A DNA stretch of 64,000 bases from an archaeon (GTDB taxonomy: Archaea > Nanobdellota > Nanobdellia > Pacearchaeales > JAPDKA01): assembly GCA_029258825.1 (NCBI GenBank), contig JAPDKA010000003.1:66065-130064 (forward strand), read 5' to 3'. A program made the position numbers and the translations under genes. Shown here in pieces: positions 56,093 to 64,000 of this stretch; positions within the stretch are counted from its first letter, which is position 1, and every line of letters starts with the position of its first letter. The notes beneath the pieces are model-generated. The model made no database searches, had not been told where the DNA came from, and worked only from the letters and a program-made list of their open reading frames with translations.

Positions 56093-56698
56093 TTATTTTC
56101 CCATTAACCACAACTTAATCCAACCAAGTTTTGGTATTCTAGCGATAGCTTTGCCGACAATTGCGTCTTGTGTTATGTTAAACTCAAAAGGCAATTGACC
56201 TTGGTTGTTGTCGCCTTTAGTTTGATAATAGCAATATCCATTAATGCATGTTTTATTTACAATTCTATGAATGACAGGTACTGCATTCTTATTTCCCATA
56301 GGCCAGAAAATGATTACATCTCCAATATTATAAGCATCTTTGTTTATACCTTTAACTATAACAACATCGCCTTTATACAAACCTTGTACAAATGGCCAAC
56401 CCATAAATTGAGCCTTGCTAATATTATGCTTCACATACCATAAACCATAACTAATCCAATAATCATCAAAACCACAGCAATGTTCCATGCTTGTTGATTC
56501 TATGACAACAAAAGGCATTTCTGTATGCAGGATCGCACTTGCGCAAGGAAAAATGACAAACTTCACAAGCAAAAAAGCAAATACAAGCATGAACAAATAA
56601 CTCCAATTGCTCTCCCACAAATAGTATTTAAGCAATTTGCAAAACTTTGCTCGTGTTAATGATCTTGCTTTATCTTTGCTTGATTTAACTTTATTCAT
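56093..56698 (-). CDS. sec11: Signal peptidase I (archaeal/Sec11 type)
   Basis: VVIESTSME, GL.KGD, GDVI.F, VIHRI, TKGDNN, IP.LGW.KL. Confidence 0.9.
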   Translation of the reverse strand: MNKVKSSKDKARSLTRAKFCKLLKYYLWESNWSYLFMLVFAFLLVKFVIFPCASAILHTEMPFVVIESTSMEHCCGFDDYWISYGLWYVKHNISKAQFMGWPFVQGLYKGDVVIVKGINKDAYNIGDVIIFWPMGNKNAVPVIHRIVNKTCINGYCYYQTKGDNNQGQLPFEFNITQDAIVGKAIARIPKLGWIKLWLMGK

Positions 56699-56800
56699 GC
56701 CAACCTTAACATTTACCTATTTAAAGATATTTCGGTAATTATAAATAAATATAGAAAAAGCAACGAAAAGTTTAAATACTAAAATAGATTAGTACTAATC

Positions 56801-58195
56801 ATGATTAGGTTTGTTAATAGAAATAGAGAGTTGAACATTTTAAATAGAGATTGGAATAATTTGAATAATGGATTTATAGTTATTTATGGTAGAAGAAGGA
56901 TCGGAAAGACAAAGCTTATAGAGGAATTTGTAAAAGACAAAAAAGGAATAAGTTATACTGCCGAAGATACAAGCAAGAAAATTCAGATAAGAGAATTCAA
57001 AGATGCTATAGCAAGTTTTTTGGATGATGATTTTTTGAAAAACCAAGAGATAGTAAGTTGGTCTTCTTTGTTTGAGTATTTACAAAAAGTGCTAGATAGA
57101 AATAAGCGTTTTTATATATGGATAGACGAATTTTCTTATTTGTTAAAAAATGATAAATCATTACCAAGCATATTACAAAAATTCATTGATAAATTCTTGA
57201 GGAACTCTAAAATTTTCTTTATTGTAAGTGGCTCATTATTTGGTTTAATGAAAGAAAAGGTTTTATCAAATTCTTCCCCCCTTTACGGAAGGAGAACAAG
57301 AGACATATTACTTAGAGAACTAAATTTCGAACATGCAATCAAATTCGTTAATTTTAATTTTGAAGACAAATTAAAAACATTCCTTACAATTGGAGGAATT
57401 CCAGAATATCTTTTAGTAGCTTCAAAATTCAAAACTTATGAAGAATTTATAAAACAAGAATTTTTTACTCATGAAGGATATTTCTACAGAGAGCCTTATT
57501 TCCTACTATCCCAAGAATTTAAAGAGATAAGGATCTATTTTTCTATACTTAATGCGATTGCATATGGTAATACAAAACCAAGCGAGATAGCAAATTTTGT
57601 TGGGATAAAAACAAGGGAAATATACCCTTATCTTGAATTACTTAATGCTTACGGATTCGTTACAAGAGAGAAACATCTATTCAAAGAAAAGCTAGGAATC
57701 TATTTAATCAAAGATTGTTTTTTTGATTTCTGGTTTAATTTTGTACATAAGAATAGAGAGCTTATAGAAAGAGGAGCTTATGAATTAAATAAAAAAAAGA
57801 TAAACACATATCTTGGAAAAAGATTCGAGATTTTCATTAAAGATAACTTCCATTACTTTTTCAAGGATTATACAAAAATCGGCAGATGGTGGCACAAAGA
57901 CAGAGAAATTGATATTGTAGCTATCAACGAAAAAAACAAGCAAATTCTTGCTTGTGAATGCAAATGGCAAAGCAGGGTTAATGCTGAAAAGATAGCTAAA
58001 GAACTAAACGAAAAGCTTGGCTATGTTGATTGGCAAAAAGATAAAAGAAAAGAAAGTTTTGCTATTTTTGCAAAAAGCTTTAGCAAACGCATTAAGGAAT
58101 GGCAAGGCAAGCCTGTTTATTGCTTTGATTTGAAGGATTTAGAGAAAGCAATGAAACACAAAACAAAACACAAAAAATTTTTAAAGAGTAAATGA
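56801..58195 (+). CDS. Archaeal AAA+ ATPase fused to a DUF234 / PD-(D/E)xK domain (COG1672)
   Basis: FVNR.REL, YGRRRIGKT, IDEF.YL, SPLYGRRT, GGIP.YL, FWF.FV, GRWW...EIDIVA, ECKW; BRE-TATA at 56764-56778. Confidence 0.9.
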   Translation: MIRFVNRNRELNILNRDWNNLNNGFIVIYGRRRIGKTKLIEEFVKDKKGISYTAEDTSKKIQIREFKDAIASFLDDDFLKNQEIVSWSSLFEYLQKVLDRNKRFYIWIDEFSYLLKNDKSLPSILQKFIDKFLRNSKIFFIVSGSLFGLMKEKVLSNSSPLYGRRTRDILLRELNFEHAIKFVNFNFEDKLKTFLTIGGIPEYLLVASKFKTYEEFIKQEFFTHEGYFYREPYFLLSQEFKEIRIYFSILNAIAYGNTKPSEIANFVGIKTREIYPYLELLNAYGFVTREKHLFKEKLGIYLIKDCFFDFWFNFVHKNRELIERGAYELNKKKINTYLGKRFEIFIKDNFHYFFKDYTKIGRWWHKDREIDIVAINEKNKQILACECKWQSRVNAEKIAKELNEKLGYVDWQKDKRKESFAIFAKSFSKRIKEWQGKPVYCFDLKDLEKAMKHKTKHKKFLKSK

Positions 58196-61100
58196 GTTGG
58201 GTGAGTATGAAGAGGGGTGTAAAATATTTAATTATGTTATTTTTTTTCATGTTATTATTATTTATGAATATCGATCACAACGTTAAAGCGGCAACACAAA
58301 AAAAAGAGCTATTAATATTATTTACGTTGAAATTAAATAGTGATGGGAGTACACACCCACATACTACAAACTTGAAAGGATGGGTAATAGACTTTTCCGA
58401 TCAACAACAACCAACAAAGAGATTAAAGAAAGAAGGGGAAAGCAATAATATTTTTGTTGAGAATGTACCAATAGAGTTTGAAACAGGAGTATGGGATCAC
58501 AATTTTGGATATGGTGTGGGAGCTACTTTGGGTGATTACGATTGTGATAAAAAACCTGATTTGATAATAGCATATGGTACAGGTTGGAACAATAACAAAC
58601 CTCAATGGATAAAATTATTAATATTTGAAAATATAAAACTAGTAGAACGTGGCGGTGTGGTAACATACTATGAACTTCAATATGATAGAGAAAAAGAAAT
58701 TGATTTAACAAGAGATTATGATGGAATAAAATATTTACTTGGTGATCATGTTGGAGGAATAGGAATCACATTTGTAGGATGTAGAGGCGACATTAGTAAA
58801 TTTAGAATAGTAGTATTCGATCCTGAAAAAGACTGTAAAGCTAGAGCAGTCGATGTAGAGTTATGTAACTGTAAATACTATGGAAGTTCAAGTATAAGTT
58901 GGTGGAGTGGTTGGCCAAGCGGAAGTATAGCAAATGAAAGAGGAAGTGGAGTCGGAGTAATTAATAAAACTTATTTTATGATATATACTACTTACTTTAA
59001 GGAAACTGAAAATCTTCTTGATATATTCGAATGTGATGAAAGTTCTGAGAAGTGTACAAAAAAAGAGGGAAAAGATCTTAATTGGAATGTAGCTTCTGGC
59101 ATAGGGGCCACATCAAAATCAAAAGATACGGTAATTATAGCAATTACTTCCTATAAACCAAATGATGATGTTGCAAAAATAAAATTGATGAAGCTAGACA
59201 CTACAAAGTTACACGAATTTGGTGTTTTCAATTCACCAAGATTAAGTGAAGGATTATCGACATTCGGCATTGGTTTAGCACGGGCCGTTATAAACCCTTT
59301 TAGTGGGAAACTTATAGAAGACTGCTCAAATGGCTTAGATGATGATTTCGATGGAAAGATTGATGATAATGATAAAGATTGTGATGAAAGTCAGCATTGT
59401 GGTGATGGAATAGACAATGATGATGATGGTAAGAAAGATTGCGCCGATCCAGACTGCTGGGGAAAAACAGGTCCAAATGGAGTGAGATGTTGTGGTTCAG
59501 ATGATGATTGTGGTAATAAGTGTAAAAATTGTAAGTATTATAAGGGTGAATGTAATAATAACATATGTACATGGGAGGAACATATAGGTACTGACGAGGA
59601 TAATGATGAACACGATGTAGAGTGTGGATATCAATGTGAATGTAATGACAGTGATGATACTATTCATAAAGACGCAACTGAAATCTGCACTGACGAAATA
59701 GACAATGATTGTGATGACCTAATCGACTGCGATGATCCTGATTGTACAAACAACCCTGCGTGTGCTCCTCAAACAGAAACAGACTGTTCAAACGAAATTG
59801 ATGATGATGGAGATGGTTTTATTGATTGTGAGGATCCTGACTGTGCTGGACGTGAAGGTCCAAATGGGAAAATTTGTTGTCAAGAAAGCTGGGACTGTCC
59901 TGGATGGCCAACACAATTTTGTAGTAAACCTACCCACGCATGCACATATTGTAGTAAATCTGGTGAATGTAGCATAGAAAAATGCGATTATAAAATATTC
60001 GGATGTTGTATTTCTCAAGGAAAAGTATGCAAAGATTCTACATGCCAAACAGCATGTCAAGTAGTAAAAAATCGCAAAATTAATTTAAAAGAGTTGGAAG
60101 ATATTCCACAGTGCTTAGTACTTCGAGGAAACGTAACTCTAGATTGTCAAAACCAGATATTAGACGGAAGTCATACTAATTTTCCTGCTGCGATAGTTAT
60201 TTCTAACGAAAATGGAGAGGACGGTCCGATAATAATTAAGAACTGTAAACTACAAAATTGGGTATACGGAATTTTAGCATATTATTCTGCAAACATTATA
60301 TTAGAGAATGTAGAAATAAATAACTCTAAACGACAGTGCGATACAGGAGGTATAGGAGCAGCATTCTACGAAAGTAAAGATATAACAATAATCAATAGCA
60401 AGATTGTTAATAACAGTTGGGATGGTATTGGAATCTACGCTAGACGATATAATGTAAGTAACATAACAATACGTGGTAGCACCATTTACTACAACGGCTG
60501 GCAATCAACAAACGGCGGAGCTGGTATTTCGTTCTATACCCCAAGCAACAACAAGTTAAGTGATATAACGGTAAAAAACAGCCATATTTACAACAATTCA
60601 TTTTCAGGTATATACTTGAAAAATGTTGAGAATGTCAAAATAATAGGCAACAACATACATGATAATAACATAGGTATTAACGTTAATGGAAATAGTAGTG
60701 GTATAACGATAATAGACAACATAATACACAGAAACGTAAATAATACAAACAATTTTCCAGAGAATATTAAAAAAGATGAATATGGTTTAAATGAAGCTGG
60801 ACAAGGAATAAGGCTTAAAACAATTGTTGGAGAAAAAATACGAAATGTAACAATAAAAAATAACGAGATTTACGATAATGATGCAGAAGGTATTGATAGT
60901 TACTGGAGGGATAGTGGAAACTTATTTGATATTCAAATACTACAAAACACATTAAAAGACAATAGACATGGCATTTCTCTGAAGAATGTTGACAGATTCG
61001 TAATAAGAAATAAATTAACTCAAACTAATGTTTTTAAAAATGGAGAGGAACCATTATGGGAGTGGGAGTGCGTCCCAATTGAAAACCATGACTCTGCGAT

Positions 61101-63375
61101 CACAATAGCTAAAAGCAAAAATGGTATTATTAGCGTATGCTCTATTAATAACTGCTTCGGTGAATACGCAAGAGGTATAGGAATAGGCGACTCAGAAAAT
61201 ATTATTATCAGGTATACAAAGGTAACAAACTGTCAAGGCAATGGCACAGTTTTCTGGAGAAGCAGAAATATCACATTTATCAACGATGTTTTCTGCAACA
61301 ATACGGTTGATGTTAATAATTTTACTGGGAATAGCGAGATAACAATAGAGAATGTGACGTGTGATAAGAGTATAAATTTTAAGTGCACAAATAATTGTAC
61401 GCCCGGCAGGGAAGAAGGAAGATATATACTGGCTACTTGTTGGGAAAAGGGAAATTTCAAAAAATGCAATGGAAGCTATGAGGTAAAGGTTGATACTACT
61501 GTGAACGCTAGAGTAGAGGTTAACACATCATTGATAAATGGAAGGAAAGCAAAAGTAAACATAACAATCTATAAACGCACGTGCTGGTCTAGTGGTGTTA
61601 CTTTTGCTGTGTGGAGTGGAATGGCAACTGGAGGGATACCACCAGATGATGGAGAACAAATTTGTGAAGATAAATTAATCGACACAGCGGTTGTAGATGT
61701 AACAGATGGTATAGCAAGACTATCGTTTACGCCTGAAGAGCTGGCCACTCGAGAGGAAGACTCATGGTACTGGTTTAAAGCAAGATTGATAATAGATAAC
61801 AACGTTATAGAAGAAAAAAACAGCTACAGGCTTTATGTTTATAGAGAACTACCAAACCGCCCACCAGTAGCTATAATAACATCGCCAACGCCGGAATGTG
61901 ATCCAAACGTGCATGAATGTATATGCTATGAGAATGGAGTAGCAAAAGAATGTGGTCCTGATAATCCATGTGGCGACAATATAGGCCCATGCTATTACAA
62001 AAATAATACAGCAATCTGGTTTAATCAAACAAGTTATGATCCTGACGGTTACGATGATATTGTTGAATGGTACTGGAACATGAGTGATGGAAAGACATAT
62101 AATGTAGATTGGAGCAATAATAAAAATGTGAATCTAACACATAAATATCAAGCTAATACTGTTCCAGCATTTTATATGCCTTTTGTGTATTTAAAAGATA
62201 AAGCAAAAAATGAATCAATAGCATCTTCTAATATATGGGTAATTACTAAAGACATTACAAATTGGCCACCGATATTAGAAATATTAAGTCCAAAACAAGG
62301 AGAAACTATAAATAAAAATAAAATAGAATTGAAAATACGATTTGAGGATCCTGATAATGATATTTCTGAATATTCATTTTGGTATCTTTTATCCTCATAT
62401 GATGGAAGATATACATACTCTACAATATGTAGTCCAGCACAATCATTAGATTGCCCTAACATAACACTCACACTTCCTATAAATGGAAAATATGGCCTAC
62501 TAGTTTTTGCTTTTAATGGTGAAAGTAATAATAACTGGGCAATATCTTATATAGAATTCGATGTAGAAGGTATTGATGAATGTGTATGCTCAACAAGCAG
62601 CGGGCTAATTCCATGCGGAATGTGTTTCGATAATGGAAAATACTGCAATGATAAAGGGGAGGTGGTTGATAATTGTACAGCGTGTGGATGTAACGATGGT
62701 TATTACTGTGCAGAATCAGGCAAGTGTGTAGAAGGCCACACTACTGAAGAGTGTGCGCAAAAAACAGATATAGAAAGTTGTCATGAATTGGAAGGATGTT
62801 ATTGGGACGATTGTAAAGCATGTGAAGATGTGACAACTCCATCCTGTAGTGTATATACAAATGACACAACATGTTGGCTTGATCCTTGTATATTTAATGA
62901 TGAGGAGGCACAGGCGATAACTTCAAATTTAAATAATGGAGAACAGTTTATAGGCGGAAACTGTGCTTGGGACGAAACGCAGAATAAATGTTATTATAAC
63001 TATACAGTTATTGGGCCTAATGGTGGGTATATTTGTAAGAAAACAACAACTGTAGTACAAGAATGTAGTAATGTTAACAGAAAAAGAATTGTAGAAATAA
63101 AGTACTATAAATGTGATTTGAATGGGGAAAATTGTGTAGAAGATAGTTCAAATGAGTGTCCAGGTCAACCTAGAGGGATAGTCGAATATAACTGCCCACA
63201 AACACCTGGCGAGCAATTGCCAGCAATTAGCACAACAGCTATAGGTCTTGCTATAGCATTAGTCATACTTTACTACATGATTAAAGCGAGCAAGATTGGC
63301 AGTAAGAAGCCAATTAAGAAAAGAGGGAAAAAGAAAAAGAGAAAATCAAAAAAGAGAAAAGTCAAGAAAAAATAG
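58192..63375 (+). CDS. Large Cys-rich cell-surface protein (Asp-rich repeats, right-handed beta-helix, PKD-like domain, C-terminal TM anchor)
   Basis: Signal peptide; four C.(N/D)(G/E).D(N/D)D.D..ID-type repeats; NVKIIGNNIHDNNIGI-type strands; NRPPVAII...SYDPDG...WYW; LPAISTTAIGLAIALVILYY followed by a Lys-rich tail. Confidence 0.85.
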   Translation: MSWVSMKRGVKYLIMLFFFMLLLFMNIDHNVKAATQKKELLILFTLKLNSDGSTHPHTTNLKGWVIDFSDQQQPTKRLKKEGESNNIFVENVPIEFETGVWDHNFGYGVGATLGDYDCDKKPDLIIAYGTGWNNNKPQWIKLLIFENIKLVERGGVVTYYELQYDREKEIDLTRDYDGIKYLLGDHVGGIGITFVGCRGDISKFRIVVFDPEKDCKARAVDVELCNCKYYGSSSISWWSGWPSGSIANERGSGVGVINKTYFMIYTTYFKETENLLDIFECDESSEKCTKKEGKDLNWNVASGIGATSKSKDTVIIAITSYKPNDDVAKIKLMKLDTTKLHEFGVFNSPRLSEGLSTFGIGLARAVINPFSGKLIEDCSNGLDDDFDGKIDDNDKDCDESQHCGDGIDNDDDGKKDCADPDCWGKTGPNGVRCCGSDDDCGNKCKNCKYYKGECNNNICTWEEHIGTDEDNDEHDVECGYQCECNDSDDTIHKDATEICTDEIDNDCDDLIDCDDPDCTNNPACAPQTETDCSNEIDDDGDGFIDCEDPDCAGREGPNGKICCQESWDCPGWPTQFCSKPTHACTYCSKSGECSIEKCDYKIFGCCISQGKVCKDSTCQTACQVVKNRKINLKELEDIPQCLVLRGNVTLDCQNQILDGSHTNFPAAIVISNENGEDGPIIIKNCKLQNWVYGILAYYSANIILENVEINNSKRQCDTGGIGAAFYESKDITIINSKIVNNSWDGIGIYARRYNVSNITIRGSTIYYNGWQSTNGGAGISFYTPSNNKLSDITVKNSHIYNNSFSGIYLKNVENVKIIGNNIHDNNIGINVNGNSSGITIIDNIIHRNVNNTNNFPENIKKDEYGLNEAGQGIRLKTIVGEKIRNVTIKNNEIYDNDAEGIDSYWRDSGNLFDIQILQNTLKDNRHGISLKNVDRFVIRNKLTQTNVFKNGEEPLWEWECVPIENHDSAITIAKSKNGIISVCSINNCFGEYARGIGIGDSENIIIRYTKVTNCQGNGTVFWRSRNITFINDVFCNNTVDVNNFTGNSEITIENVTCDKSINFKCTNNCTPGREEGRYILATCWEKGNFKKCNGSYEVKVDTTVNARVEVNTSLINGRKAKVNITIYKRTCWSSGVTFAVWSGMATGGIPPDDGEQICEDKLIDTAVVDVTDGIARLSFTPEELATREEDSWYWFKARLIIDNNVIEEKNSYRLYVYRELPNRPPVAIITSPTPECDPNVHECICYENGVAKECGPDNPCGDNIGPCYYKNNTAIWFNQTSYDPDGYDDIVEWYWNMSDGKTYNVDWSNNKNVNLTHKYQANTVPAFYMPFVYLKDKAKNESIASSNIWVITKDITNWPPILEILSPKQGETINKNKIELKIRFEDPDNDISEYSFWYLLSSYDGRYTYSTICSPAQSLDCPNITLTLPINGKYGLLVFAFNGESNNNWAISYIEFDVEGIDECVCSTSSGLIPCGMCFDNGKYCNDKGEVVDNCTACGCNDGYYCAESGKCVEGHTTEECAQKTDIESCHELEGCYWDDCKACEDVTTPSCSVYTNDTTCWLDPCIFNDEEAQAITSNLNNGEQFIGGNCAWDETQNKCYYNYTVIGPNGGYICKKTTTVVQECSNVNRKRIVEIKYYKCDLNGENCVEDSSNECPGQPRGIVEYNCPQTPGEQLPAISTTAIGLAIALVILYYMIKASKIGSKKPIKKRGKKKKRKSKKRKVKKK

Positions 63376-63398
63376 TTATTAAATATTAAAATTAAATT

Positions 63399-63998
63399 TT
63401 ATTTCTTCTTATTAAAATAATCACAAACATCTGTAAGAGGGCAAATATTGCAACGTGGCTTTGCTGTTGTGCATATTTGCTTTCCGAAAAACACAAAACC
63501 TCTGTTAATATATTTAAGTTGATCTGGTTTTATAACGTTTAAAAACAAATCTTGTAATGTTTGTTGTATTTCATCATAGTTTGTGCTGTCAACTAAGCCT
63601 AAACGTCTTGCAATAACTGCAACATGGACGTCAACAGCGATGATAGGCATACCAAAAGCGTCTGCCAAAACAACGTCTGCAATTTTATTACCAACACCCG
63701 GCAACTTCATAAGTTGCTTCTTGTTTGAAGGCACAATTGAATTGAACTGATACTGCAACATTCTAGCAAGTTGTTTAAGCTTTTTCGCTTTCTGTTTATA
63801 AAAGCCTACAGGCTTAATTAGAGAAGCTATTTTTGTTATGCTTAAACGTGCTAGTTTCTCTGGAGTATCAGCAATGCGTAACAATTTTGCTGCTGCCTTT
63901 TCAGTTATTTCTTCTTTAGTTCTCGCGCTTAACACGGCAAACACAAGCACATGAAAAGGTTCACTAAACAAATTAGGCTTGTAATATTGTTTCAACAC
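63399..63998 (-). CDS. nth: Endonuclease III (Nth), probably 5'-truncated by the window edge
   Basis: VLSART, GFY..KA, LPGVGNK.A HhH, AVDVHV, C...KPRC..CPL...C Fe-S loop. Confidence 0.93.
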   Translation of the reverse strand: MLKQYYKPNLFSEPFHVLVFAVLSARTKEEITEKAAAKLLRIADTPEKLARLSITKIASLIKPVGFYKQKAKKLKQLARMLQYQFNSIVPSNKKQLMKLPGVGNKIADVVLADAFGMPIIAVDVHVAVIARRLGLVDSTNYDEIQQTLQDLFLNVIKPDQLKYINRGFVFFGKQICTTAKPRCNICPLTDVCDYFNKKK

Positions 63999-64000
63999 AG

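Overview
Archaeal chromosomal segment, AT-rich with A-rich coding strands. Gene content and divergence suggest a DPANN lineage such as Pacearchaeota or Woesearchaeota (inference). 1-9.8 kb is the distal S10/spc ribosomal protein superoperon (rps3 to secY, with SUI1 and RNase P p29). The rest is mostly housekeeping genes: L7Ae-S28e-L24e, Hsp20, NreA, TFE, rhomboid, aCPSF1, proteasome beta, EF-2, presenilin-type protease, TrpRS, TrmB, Mre11/Rad50, aIF2beta, aIF1A, RIO1, Dim2, TopA, Sec11 and Nth, plus tRNA-Ser(GGA) and tRNA-Asn(GTT). Notable accessory items: (i) three perfect TGAATATATATTCA palindromes bracketing the TATA box of a DUF5320 gene near a DUF134 HTH gene, with the associated NifX/ferredoxin/MBL/COG1149 operon 13 kb away; (ii) a 2.8-kb integrase-less cargo (including a tandem VTC-CYTH protein) bounded by an exact 86-bp duplication of the nreA 3' end; (iii) a bacterial-type MltB lytic transglycosylase; (iv) a protein with 37 uninterrupted decapeptide repeats; (v) a compact Ni-CODH (CooS)-like gene in an operon with two small Cys-rich proteins; (vi) a 1727-aa surface protein; (vii) a pseudogene just after secY. 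All family assignments come from motif recognition by eye; no database search was run.
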